The translations under genes were made by a program, and so were the position numbers. Source: a virus (lineage: Duplodnaviria; Caudoviricetes). From it: a stretch of 54,331 nt of DNA. Of the stretch, positions 36,291 through 44,936 are shown one piece after another. Within the stretch, counting starts at the first letter, position 1. Every line of letters starts with the position of its first letter. The stretch spans positions 1-54,331 of the IMG/VR virus record IMGVR_UViG_3300049137_000055; one strand, 5' to 3'. The notes beneath the pieces are model-generated. The model was not told the origin of the DNA. It worked only from the letters and a program-made list of their open reading frames with translations, and ran no database searches.

Positions 36291-38402
36291 ATGTCATCAG
36301 GCTCGAAACTGGACCAACACATTGAAACAGTCGCCAAGGCGCTGTTCGGCGACGACCTGAATCGCCACCTGTCGAAGCCGGGGAAGGAACTTCGCTTTGG
36401 GACGCATGGGTCCCTATCCGTCGATTTGCAAAAGGGGACGTTCTTCGACTTCGAGGACGGCGGACCTGACGCGGGCGGCGGCGTCCTGGATTTGCTCCGG
36501 AAATATCGCGGCATGGACACGGCGGCGGCGCTGAAGTTCATGGAAGGCGAACTTGGCCTGGACATTAAGCGGGAAGGGGACGACGGCGAATCCTGGAAGG
36601 ACCGGCCACGCGAGGAACGCGCGCCGCGCCAGTCCAGCCCGCGCCAGTCGAAGCCGCGCGAGCAAGCCAACGGCGTGAAGTTTGAGAAGCAAAAGCCGCG
36701 CGGGAAGCCGGTCGCGTTCTATGATTATCAGGACTTCGAAGGCCGGCTGTTTCTTCAGGTCGTCCGCTATGAAATGCCGGACGGGTCAAAGACCTTCCGC
36801 CAGCGGACTCCGAAGGTTCGCGAGCCGCGCAACGATGCGCCGGGCGACTGGAACTGGACGGCGGAAGGCGTCGAGCTTCTTCCCTATCGCCTGCCGGAGC
36901 TCATGGAAGACCTGGCACAAGACCGGACCGTCTTCCTGATCGAAGGCGAAAAGGCGGTGGACTACCTTCGCGCGCAAGGCATCCCGGCGACATGCAACCC
37001 GATGGGACGCGGCAAAATCAACAAGCTGTCGCCGCGCTTCTTCGAGCTGTTCAAGGACGGCGACGTGGTCGTCATCGGCGACAACGATCCGGACGGCGGC
37101 GGTCAGCAACACGCAACCCAAATGGGCGAACGCCTGGAAGACCACGCGCGCCGGGTCCGGGTCATTCCCGCCTGTCCGGGCGTGAAGGAGAAGGGCGGCG
37201 CTGACGACTGGCTGGCGGACGGACATTTCCCGGATGAATTGTATGAGCTGGCGACCGTCCATGGCGTGGACGTGGAAGAGTTGCCGCCGGTCTCTCTTTT
37301 GGGAGCCATCAGCCCGCTTGAAATCATGAAGAACGTCCGCCGGGTCGAATGGCTGGCGGACGGGATCATTTCGACCGGGTCAACATGCGTCATCTATGGC
37401 GGCTCCGGCTCCGGCAAGTCGCTTCTGGTCATGGACCTGGCCATGGCCATCGCGCGCGGAACGCAATTCCTGGACATCGACGCCAAACAGGCGGGCGTTC
37501 TCTACCAAGCGGGCGAATCCTATGCCAACCAACGGCGGCGCATCGTCGCCTATATGACCCGCCACGGCATTGATAAGGACTTCCCGTTCCGGCTGCTGGA
37601 ACGGCGCGTCAACCTGTTCACCAAGCCGGAGGACGTGGACGCCTTAATCGCAGAGATCCGCGCGCAAGATGAATACTTCCGCCGGGTCTTTAACGGCGTC
37701 GGGGTCGGCGTCGTCATCATCGACACACTGGCGGCGGCGACGGCTGGAGCTGTCGAGAATGCCAGCGAAGACATGACGAAAATCACGGACATTATTGAAC
37801 GGGTCCAGCGCGAAGCGAAGGTCGCCGTCATCGTGGTCCACCATACGAACGCGGTTGGCGAGCGCGAACGCGGTCATGGCGCGCTTCGTGGCGCGGTTGA
37901 CTTCATGGTCCGGGTCGAACACGACAAGGAAACCAACATCCGGACGCTGGAGGTTGACAAGAACAAGGAAGGGGCCATCGGCCTTAAGCGATTCTTCCGC
38001 GCCGAAGGTCAGGAATTCCAGACGCCGGATGGCTTCACGGAAGCGGCGGGCGTCATCATCCAGACGGACGACTATGGCGAACGGCAGAGGAAGGAAGGCC
38101 GGCGTTTGCCGGATAAGGTCGTCCTGGCCAAACGCATTCTGGCGGACACGCTGGCGGACCGTGGCGTGACCGGGAAGGGCGGCGTCCCGATTGGCGTCAA
38201 CGCGGTCACATGGGACGTCTGGCGTGACGTCGCCTTCGGCAAAATGGCCGGGCTGGACGACACCATCCGCGCCGACAAGGACGCTTATCGCAAGGCGCAA
38301 CTGTCCTTTACCAAGGAATTGCAGGACTGGACCCGGACCCTGATGACGCGCGGGGAGGTCGGACGGAGCGACGACGGAAAGTTCGTCTGGCTGGCGCGGT
38401 AG
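36291..38402 (+). CDS. Primase-helicase (Toprim + AAA_25/RepA-type helicase)
   Basis: LRFGTHGSLSVDL, LIEGEKA, DND..G Toprim; GGSGSGKS Walker A; IIDT; VVHH; RGHGAL. Confidence 0.92.
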   Translation: MSSGSKLDQHIETVAKALFGDDLNRHLSKPGKELRFGTHGSLSVDLQKGTFFDFEDGGPDAGGGVLDLLRKYRGMDTAAALKFMEGELGLDIKREGDDGESWKDRPREERAPRQSSPRQSKPREQANGVKFEKQKPRGKPVAFYDYQDFEGRLFLQVVRYEMPDGSKTFRQRTPKVREPRNDAPGDWNWTAEGVELLPYRLPELMEDLAQDRTVFLIEGEKAVDYLRAQGIPATCNPMGRGKINKLSPRFFELFKDGDVVVIGDNDPDGGGQQHATQMGERLEDHARRVRVIPACPGVKEKGGADDWLADGHFPDELYELATVHGVDVEELPPVSLLGAISPLEIMKNVRRVEWLADGIISTGSTCVIYGGSGSGKSLLVMDLAMAIARGTQFLDIDAKQAGVLYQAGESYANQRRRIVAYMTRHGIDKDFPFRLLERRVNLFTKPEDVDALIAEIRAQDEYFRRVFNGVGVGVVIIDTLAAATAGAVENASEDMTKITDIIERVQREAKVAVIVVHHTNAVGERERGHGALRGAVDFMVRVEHDKETNIRTLEVDKNKEGAIGLKRFFRAEGQEFQTPDGFTEAAGVIIQTDDYGERQRKEGRRLPDKVVLAKRILADTLADRGVTGKGGVPIGVNAVTWDVWRDVAFGKMAGLDDTIRADKDAYRKAQLSFTKELQDWTRTLMTRGEVGRSDDGKFVWLAR

Positions 38403-38411
38403 TTCTTTCGA

Positions 38412-38449
38412 GCAACTTTCGACTTGCAAGAGGGTTAATCTTGCAATAT
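38412..38449 (+). promoter_or_regulatory. Promoter/operator with two CTTGCAA copies
   Basis: GCAACTTTCGACTTGCAAG...CTTGCAATAT upstream of 38498 operon. Confidence 0.6.
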
Positions 38450-38481
38450 GAAAGAGACATGGGCGGCGCGGTTGCCGCCCG

Positions 38482-38491
38482 GAGGCTCGAA
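38482..38491 (+). promoter_or_regulatory. Start-associated motif variant GAGGCTCGAA
   Basis: GGAGGCTCGAAACACCC-ATG(38498). Confidence 0.75.
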
Positions 38492-38497
38492 ACACCC

Positions 38498-38638
38498 ATG
38501 GGCTATATTGTCCGCTATATCGCCGCCCGGCTGGCCTTCCAGGCTCTTCAGCGTGTCGGCGTCTGGAATCTCTTCGTTGCGGTCGGCTTTGTCGCCGTCG
38601 CTGTCTTCCTCTTCCTGGCGCTTCACTGGAAGGGCTGA
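38498..38638 (+). CDS. Small single-TM membrane protein
   Basis: 46 aa, hydrophobic C-terminal half. Confidence 0.65.
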   Translation: MGYIVRYIAARLAFQALQRVGVWNLFVAVGFVAVAVFLFLALHWKG

Positions 38639-38841
38639 TGGGGCAATGTCGCCGGAAGGGGTTCCCGTCCATCATCGCGGCAACGACCGCCGTCCTGAAG
38701 GCCGCGAAGGACGGGAAACTTCAACACTTCGCATTCACGCCGACCGGCGACGGCGTCAAGCAACGCGCAACGCTGAAGGTCAGCTTTTGCGCCGACTGTC
38801 ACCAATACCACGTTCACGAAGAACAGAGGAAAAGACCATGA
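38638..38841 (+). CDS. Hypothetical protein (CxxC..HxH)
   Basis: TGATG-coupled; possible Zn ligands. Confidence 0.6.
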   Translation: MGQCRRKGFPSIIAATTAVLKAAKDGKLQHFAFTPTGDGVKQRATLKVSFCADCHQYHVHEEQRKRP

Positions 38842-39116
38842 AAAAGGTTTATGCGCGGGACCTGTCGGACCGCGAAATGGAAATCCTGAAGCTGACCGCT
38901 GAAGGCATGACGAACAAGGAAATAGCGCGCGAACTGAAGATCACAGAACCGACCGTGAAGGTTCATATGAAGGCCGTCCTTCGCAAGCTTCAGGCAGGCA
39001 ATCGGACGCATGGCGTTGTTGTGGCGCTCCGGGCTGGAATCGTTCCGCTGTTCCCGGAAAGGTCTGAAGGCCAAGGCGGGGTCGTCTGGCAGATGAGCGG
39101 AAGCTTCCAGCTTTAA
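38838..39116 (+). CDS. Stand-alone LuxR/GerE HTH regulator
   Basis: LSDREMEILKLTAEGMTNKEIAREL.ITEPTVKVH...LRKL...NR. Confidence 0.92.
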   Translation: MKKVYARDLSDREMEILKLTAEGMTNKEIARELKITEPTVKVHMKAVLRKLQAGNRTHGVVVALRAGIVPLFPERSEGQGGVVWQMSGSFQL

Positions 39117-39126
39117 CGAGGTGGCC

Positions 39127-39480
39127 ATGAACATCGTTGACGAACTGGACCGGCTGGCGGACGAAGCGGAAGCCCGCGTCGCCAACTTTCCTGGACCGAC
39201 CTGTCCATATATTGACGCGGCGTTGAAGTCCCTTGGCCCGGTCAGCCGAGAGGCGGAACGGCTCTATCGCCTGAACGCGGACAACCTGAAGGAAGACGAC
39301 GGCGTGGAATCGTTCGTCAGCGAAGTCCTGTCCCTTGTGGACGATGAACTTCCGTCGAACCTGGAAGCGCTCCGGTCAGACAATGACAGCCTTCGGACGT
39401 CGTTGACCGAAGCGCTGGACAGGCTGAAGAACATTGGCGGTCAGCTTCGCGCGCTGGCGGCGAAGGTTCCGCAAGACTGA
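39127..39480 (+). CDS. Hypothetical coiled-coil protein
   Basis: P.TCP.ID motif; RBS GAGGT. Confidence 0.7.
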   Translation: MNIVDELDRLADEAEARVANFPGPTCPYIDAALKSLGPVSREAERLYRLNADNLKEDDGVESFVSEVLSLVDDELPSNLEALRSDNDSLRTSLTEALDRLKNIGGQLRALAAKVPQD

Positions 39481-39533
39481 AACCCGAATTCGCATAATCG
39501 GAATTTTGACAAGAACCCTGAAAGGATAGGCAA

Positions 39534-39743
39534 GTGACATTCCCAACCGACACAGTTGAAGACTTGCGCGAGGACTACCGGACGCTAGACGAATTGCATG
39601 AAAAGCTGAAGAAGGCCGTCGTGGACGTCCTACAATACCGCGTCGGCACCCTGCCGGAGCAAGGCTGGTTGCAGGACAGTGACGCCAGCCGCAAAGCGTT
39701 GGAATCCCTCGCGGCGCTGGCTGTACACTTTGACCACACATGA
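39534..39743 (+). CDS. Hypothetical protein
   Basis: GTG start with RBS AAGGA. Confidence 0.55.
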   Translation: MTFPTDTVEDLREDYRTLDELHEKLKKAVVDVLQYRVGTLPEQGWLQDSDASRKALESLAALAVHFDHT

Positions 39744-39777
39744 ACAACCGATCGTTTGAAGATGAGGTGTAACTAAA

Positions 39778-39957
39778 ATGGCACACGAATATCTGAGCAA
39801 GACCCGCCTTGTTGAAGAGGTCCCCGGCGCACCTGATCGGTATTACATCTGGCACAACCGGAAAGTTGTGTGGCGCGGAGACACGGCCCAAGAGGGGCGA
39901 GAGTGGGCTACCGCGAACGGTATCTCCATAGAAGTCTTTGAGCCGTTTGAGCCGTAG
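39778..39957 (+). CDS. Hypothetical 59-aa protein (absent from ORF track)
   Basis: RBS GAGGTG; MAHEYLSKTRLVEEVPGAPDRYYIWHNRKVVWRG... Confidence 0.6.
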   Translation: MAHEYLSKTRLVEEVPGAPDRYYIWHNRKVVWRGDTAQEGREWATANGISIEVFEPFEP

Positions 39958-40043
39958 TCGTGCCTTCGCAAAGGGGCGGGAGCTTGCCGCCCTCAAACGA
40001 CAAGATCAGCGGGTGTTCACTCGCCAAACCCATAGGAAAGAAC

Positions 40044-40286
40044 ATGGCTACCAGTGAAAAGATATGCGGAGCGCCTGACTGTTCCGGCGTTTGGTGCCCC
40101 TGTCGCGAGAACGTGGCGAAGCTAGAAGCCGAGAACAAAGAGCTTTTCGATCTTCTGAAGGAGGCACGGGCCACGCTCGAAATGTGGAAAGACGTAGCGC
40201 CAGCGGTCAGCCTGTGTGCGGACATGGATAAGGCCATCGCCAAGGCTGAATTGGCGCGTCGTGAAGGGACCGACGATCCTCAATAG
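40044..40286 (+). CDS. Hypothetical protein (Cys-rich N-terminus, coiled coil)
   Basis: RBS AGGA; preceded by repeat copy. Confidence 0.6.
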   Translation: MATSEKICGAPDCSGVWCPCRENVAKLEAENKELFDLLKEARATLEMWKDVAPAVSLCADMDKAIAKAELARREGTDDPQ

Positions 40287-40337
40287 CAAACGACGAGATG
40301 CTCGGCTGTTCACTCGTAAAACCAAGGAGGAATACAG

Positions 40338-40574
40338 ATGCAGACCACTGAAAAAAAGCCTCTGAAGTTAACCGAGGGGCAGATGCGCGTCCTCTGGATG
40401 ACCACCCGACACAAGGGGATCACCAAGGGCGACATTCTGAGCCACGATTGGCGAAGGCTCGACCGGCTGCATCAGTTGGGCTTGGTGGACCGTCTCTCGC
40501 AGGAAGGCGGCAGCGTTTACACGATCAACGACACAGGCCGCGCCAATCTGAAAACCCGTAAGGAGAGAGCATGA
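40338..40574 (+). CDS. Small winged-helix-like protein
   Basis: KLT..Q..VL...L..LGLV....Y.I...GR pattern; RBS AAGGAGG. Confidence 0.6.
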   Translation: MQTTEKKPLKLTEGQMRVLWMTTRHKGITKGDILSHDWRRLDRLHQLGLVDRLSQEGGSVYTINDTGRANLKTRKERA

Positions 40575-40795
40575 GCGAGAAACGAACCAACTGGAAAGAA
40601 CGGGCGCTCAAGGCTGAAAAGGCACTAGAGGAGGCCCGCTATCAGGTCAGCCAGACCATCCTCTTCGACATGGGGGATCTTGGCTATCGGATCTTCAAGA
40701 AACGCTGGCACAGCCTCAAGGACGCACTCGCCTATGAAACCCGCCCCGCTCTACCCGAACAGCAAGATGGTTCAGGTGTGGGTGCGGACCACTAA
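40571..40795 (+). CDS. Hypothetical protein
   Basis: WKERALKAE; ATGA-coupled. Confidence 0.6.
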   Translation: MSEKRTNWKERALKAEKALEEARYQVSQTILFDMGDLGYRIFKKRWHSLKDALAYETRPALPEQQDGSGVGADH

Positions 40796-40877
40796 AGGGC
40801 ACTGGCTGATGAAGTGGCTCGAATATACGTCGCTTCAGTGACTTCTTATCAAAATGGCGCTTCTGCGAAAACGGGGA

Positions 40878-41153
40878 ATGAAAATGATTACGCTGCTTAA
40901 GAAGCTGGCGCGTCGCATCCTGAAAAATGACATTCGTAAGCTTGAGGCACAGGTAGCCGAGCTAACCGATATCCTAGAAACGCGCGAGCACACTATGCTG
41001 GTGCGGGGTGACTATGCTTGCATCATGGACACACATCTCCCGCTAGTCAGGCGCATCTATATTGCAGGCGAGCAAGCGTATCTTGCGAACAACATCATGG
41101 GCACTCCGGCGGCTGTAGCCAGCCTAGGCTTGCCTACTATCGCGCCAAGCTGA
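40878..41153 (+). CDS. Hypothetical protein (start 40854 or 40878)
   Basis: ORF with RBS GGGG. Confidence 0.55.
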   Translation: MKMITLLKKLARRILKNDIRKLEAQVAELTDILETREHTMLVRGDYACIMDTHLPLVRRIYIAGEQAYLANNIMGTPAAVASLGLPTIAPS

Positions 41154-41206
41154 TACGTGCGGGGCCAAGCACTTAGCCATCCCTGCCACAACCAGAAAGA
41201 CAGACC

Positions 41207-42295
41207 GTGCATATTCTGAGACGGATTCACCATGCCATCACGCGCCGCCTGATCCTGCTTTTATTTCTTAAGCGGAGGGTCTACGAAGCGCGGTTCCGCC
41301 GCGCTTTCGGCGAGAGGAAGCCCGTCGAACTGGTCCACGGCCAGCGGCATTTCCCCGGCGGGCGACACGCCATCTTCTTGATTTGGCAACCGGAGCAAAC
41401 CGCTTGGTACGTGCGGAACGCTCTTGACGCATTGGCCAAGGCTCATGTGAACGTCCTCTTGGTCGTCAATCACAATCTGACGGAGGAACGTCGTCGGGAG
41501 CTCGCCGCGCAATGTGCCAAGATCATGATACGCGACAACACTGGCTTTGACATTGGCGGTTTCCAAGACGCCACGGCCTTCCTTTACAAGCACACTGACG
41601 CGGAGCGGGTCCTATACCTGAACGACAGTGTATATTTCTTTCGCGAAGGCTTGGCGGAACTGTTCGAACGCCTGGCCAACTCTAAGGCGGATGTTTGCAG
41701 CGCCTTCGAGAATTGGGAAATCCACTATCATTTTCAATCGTTCTGCTTGTCTATCTCCGGCGATATGTTGCGACACCCGAAAGTCCTGAAGTTCTGGAAC
41801 GATTACCTTCCAGTTAATTCGCGGCGTTGGGCCATCGACCAAGGCGAGGTCGGTTTTTCGCGCGCCATGCTGCCAGCAGCCGCCAGCATCGAAGTTCTTT
41901 ATACACCTCCCCGGCTGAAGTCCGAACTTCTGTCCCTTCCCCTTGACGACCTACGCATGATGGACCGCTATTTGCCGGCCACGCTCCGGTTAGGTCCGGA
42001 GAGGATTAAAAAGCTATCCAAGCCGGAACTTGTTCGCGAATTGTGCGAAAGAGTAGCCATGCGATCACAGGTCCACAGCGGCGGGTTTTTGTTCCGGCGC
42101 TTTTCCGGCAACCCGCTGATGAAAAAAGATTTGGTCTACCGCGAACAGTTCAGCCTTTATGACGTCGAAGCCATGCTTGAAGAGTTGGGAAGCGAAGGTC
42201 ATGCAGACGAGATCCTGAGCGACTTCCGGCGCAAGGGGCGCGGCATTCTCATGACGGGACTGAAACGGCGTCTGTTCGATGAGGGAATTCTGTAG
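41207..42295 (+). CDS. Rhamnan-synthesis protein F (RgpF)-like polysaccharide enzyme
   Basis: RDNTGFDIGGF, LNDSVYF, HFQSFCL, FW, GEVGFSR, PLMKKD motifs. Confidence 0.75.
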   Translation: MHILRRIHHAITRRLILLLFLKRRVYEARFRRAFGERKPVELVHGQRHFPGGRHAIFLIWQPEQTAWYVRNALDALAKAHVNVLLVVNHNLTEERRRELAAQCAKIMIRDNTGFDIGGFQDATAFLYKHTDAERVLYLNDSVYFFREGLAELFERLANSKADVCSAFENWEIHYHFQSFCLSISGDMLRHPKVLKFWNDYLPVNSRRWAIDQGEVGFSRAMLPAAASIEVLYTPPRLKSELLSLPLDDLRMMDRYLPATLRLGPERIKKLSKPELVRELCERVAMRSQVHSGGFLFRRFSGNPLMKKDLVYREQFSLYDVEAMLEELGSEGHADEILSDFRRKGRGILMTGLKRRLFDEGIL

Positions 42296-42950
42296 CGCCT
42301 GGACGGCTGGCGCTGACCGGGACTCCCATGCGAAGGGCGGCGCAAGCCGCCTTTTTCTTATCTGGTAGACTCTTTCTATCGGTCGTGTTCAGCCTCTTGA
42401 ACCCGCACGGCTTCAGCCATGCCAGCCACTCCGGCGAAACGATCCGGACCACGTTGGGAAGGTTCTTCAGGTCGCCCGGTATCCGCCGCCGCGTGACCGT
42501 CACGAAGCCAGCCGCAACCGCCGCCCGAAGGCCATTCTGAACCGTCGTCCTGGACACGCCAGCCCGCGCCGCTATCGCGTCCAGGACCAAGCCACAGAAC
42601 CCGCGCGCCCGGACTTCGTCGGCAACGATCCGGAGCGCGGCCAATTCCCCTTCCGTGAACCGCGCGGCCATAGCAGGCGGCATCACGCCGGATCGCGCGA
42701 GCTGGCGGCGTCTGGCCACCGCGACAGGTCTGGACGGCGGTCGCTGGAGCCGGCGCGGCGGACCGACCGGGCGTCCCCTTCCCTGCCCTTCCCTGATGGC
42801 CACGCGGCGCGCCTGGATGGCTTCCGCCAGCGATTGGACGTGGTCGTCCGACATGGCGTCCATGGCGGCATAGATCGCGCGCGACAGGTCGTCCAGGCGC
42901 GCGCCCGTCCACGCGCCCGCAATGGCGCGCGTCATCGTCTCATAGATCAT
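42249..42950 (-). CDS. Putative plasmid-type replication initiator (winged HTH)
   Basis: IAARAGVSRTTVQNGLR.....GFVTV.RR......NL.N wHTH; divergent from parA; structured leader. Confidence 0.55.
   Translation of the reverse strand: MIYETMTRAIAGAWTGARLDDLSRAIYAAMDAMSDDHVQSLAEAIQARRVAIREGQGRGRPVGPPRRLQRPPSRPVAVARRRQLARSGVMPPAMAARFTEGELAALRIVADEVRARGFCGLVLDAIAARAGVSRTTVQNGLRAAVAAGFVTVTRRRIPGDLKNLPNVVRIVSPEWLAWLKPCGFKRLNTTDRKSLPDKKKAACAALRMGVPVSASRPGATEFPHRTDAVSVPS
42336..42356 (+). terminator. Rho-independent terminator after rgpF-like gene
   Basis: GGCGGC-GCAA-GCCGCC-TTTTT. Confidence 0.85.
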
Positions 42951-43039
42951 CGTTCAGCCTTCCCTTCCGGGTTGGCCGCGCGACGGCAAAAGCCGCCCGT
43001 TCGCGGGACTTGCGTCCAGCGTCGATTTATGGAAATGTC

Positions 43040-43117
43040 GGGATTGCAGAGTTTACGACATTCCCTTCATGGGGCGGGACGGTTCAGAGGTTGGCGCTTC
43101 TGAACCGTTTTTCGTTT
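43040..43117 (+). ncRNA. Putative counter-transcribed RNA in rep leader (5' end uncertain)
   Basis: ACGGTTCAGA/TCTGAACCGT hairpin + U tract oriented antisense to rep, about 130 nt upstream of its start. Confidence 0.5.
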
Positions 43118-43457
43118 GGTCACGTCATCGCGGCTTAATCTCCAGCTCCGCCAGCGAGTCGCACGACTCGCCAGCAACAGGCATGACGACAGCAAGCCAA
43201 GCCATAGTCAACCGGCGTCCCCTTCCCTTCCCGTTTAAACGGATCGTCCGGGCGGCGTTGTCCCCTTGCCTTTCGACCGGCCAGCCATCATCGGCGCTTC
43301 CCGACCTGGACCGCGCCAGCAAGCGCCGGACAGGTCCAGCCTTTCACATACTTTCAAATGAAAGGCAGAACAGACGCGAACAAACGGGACGCATCGCCTT
43401 AACGGTCGGTTAGGACTTCGCGGCCATGCTCCGGTCGGTTCAACGGAGGACGGACCC

Positions 43458-44156
43458 ATGGCGGTTCTTGTGTTAGGGACACCGAAAGGCGGGGCGGGGA
43501 AAAGCACGTCAACGCTTTTGATTGGAACGACCTTGGCGCGTCGTGGCGCGAAGGTGACGGTCATCGACGCCGATAAAAACAAAGACCTTATGGACTGGTA
43601 CGGCAACGGCGGGAAACCTATCAAGGTTATTCCGGCTGGCACGGAAGACGGTTTCGTGTCGAAGCTGGATAAGGAAGCGGCCAGCGCGGACTTGGTCATC
43701 ATCGACCTTGCTGGCGCGGCCATCGGCGGCGCAATGTCCAACATCATGTCCAGGTCCATCTTGCGCGCTGACCTTGTGTTGGTCCCCATGCAACCAAGCC
43801 GCCTGGACGCCAAACACGCGGCGCGAATGGTGGACCTGATAAAGCAAGAGGCGGAAGTTCTCCGGACGTCCATTCCGTTCCGGATGTTTCTGACACAGAC
43901 AAGTGAAGCGGTTCCGACGCGCGCAACAAAGCGCATCGTTGCGCAGATGGAAAAGAAGGGGTTCCCGTTCCTTCGGACGCAAGTCGGGAAGCGTGAACCA
44001 TTTCGAAGTCTTTTTGAGAGAGATTGCACCCTGGACCAACTGACCGTGAAAGAGTTCCCAACGCTTCCGCAAGCCGTCGAGAATGCGGAGAAGTTCACGG
44101 ACGAAGTCGTCGCGGTTCTGAAGTCCATCGTTGCGAAAGGGAAGGCGGCAGCATGA
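43458..44156 (+). CDS. parA: ParA partition ATPase (type Ib)
   Basis: KGGAGKST deviant Walker A, IDADKN, VIIDLAG, ADLVLVPMQPS.LD. Confidence 0.93.
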   Translation: MAVLVLGTPKGGAGKSTSTLLIGTTLARRGAKVTVIDADKNKDLMDWYGNGGKPIKVIPAGTEDGFVSKLDKEAASADLVIIDLAGAAIGGAMSNIMSRSILRADLVLVPMQPSRLDAKHAARMVDLIKQEAEVLRTSIPFRMFLTQTSEAVPTRATKRIVAQMEKKGFPFLRTQVGKREPFRSLFERDCTLDQLTVKEFPTLPQAVENAEKFTDEVVAVLKSIVAKGKAAA

Positions 44157-44473
44157 ACGACCTAAACGACACGACGGGCACGACGGACGAAATCGACATG
44201 TTCGGCGGACCCAAAGGCGCGCGCTATATCCCGCCGGAGCTGGAGCGCGAAGCCATCAGCCTGTCCGGTCAGCCGGGCTTAACCTTGCGCCAGCCGCCAA
44301 GGGACCCGCCGAAGCGTCGGCGCGGAACGGCGCTTCAGCTCCATAACTTCACCTTCCGGCTTCACATGGACGACGCCGAGCGTTTCATAAGATGGTGCGA
44401 GTCGGAGCGCATCGCATACCGGGAAGGCTTCCAACGGCTGGTCGCCATGATCGGGGAAGGGGACTCGAGGTAG
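44153..44473 (+). CDS. Small ParA partner (putative centromere-binding, RHH-like)
   Basis: ATGA-coupled to parA; RRRGT...NFTFRL....ERF C-terminus. Confidence 0.7.
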   Translation: MNDLNDTTGTTDEIDMFGGPKGARYIPPELEREAISLSGQPGLTLRQPPRDPPKRRRGTALQLHNFTFRLHMDDAERFIRWCESERIAYREGFQRLVAMIGEGDSR

Positions 44474-44525
44474 CTTGCAAAATTGCATTCCGATCGTTCT
44501 GCAGAGGCGCGGCCGCTTTGCTCTT

Positions 44526-44554
44526 TTGCAAGGAGGGCCGCGCGCCGCTATACT
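44526..44554 (+). promoter_or_regulatory. Sigma70-type promoter of second fibre cassette
   Basis: TTGCAA-N17-TATACT. Confidence 0.75.
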
Positions 44555-44588
44555 TCGCTAGTCTTCTCAATCACAGGGATTAAGCGAA

Positions 44589-44936
44589 ATGGCGCAAGTC
44601 GTGACGAAGGTTCGGGGGGACGATTGGTCGTTCCCTTTTACATGGCGCGTAAAAGGCGGCGCGGGCGTTGACCTGACCGGCTACACGGTCGGCGCGGATT
44701 TCTACCGGGCTTATAACGCGACGCCGGTCGAAATGGTCGAAGGCAGCGGCGTGACCGTCCTTGACCGCGAGGCCGGCAAGTTTGAAGTCACGGTCGCGAG
44801 CGAGGTCACGGCTTCCGTCACGCCGCAACGTTCACAGACGCCGGAGATTGCGACCCGGCTTCATGTTTACGTTGTCACGCCGGGCGGCAACCGCGAAACC
44901 CTTGGCGTCATCCCGGTCCGCGTGGTGGCACCATGA
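44589..44936 (+). CDS. Second fibre adaptor (BppU-like)
   Basis: RGDDW....., VDLTGYT, GVTVLD..AGKF; paralogous to 19060-19407. Confidence 0.7.
   Translation: MAQVVTKVRGDDWSFPFTWRVKGGAGVDLTGYTVGADFYRAYNATPVEMVEGSGVTVLDREAGKFEVTVASEVTASVTPQRSQTPEIATRLHVYVVTPGGNRETLGVIPVRVVAP

Noticed and set aside
40800-40841. CTGATGA suggesting a hammerhead ribozyme
   Set aside because: Followed by GAAT rather than GAAA and no stem I/III arrangement; folds as a simple hairpin
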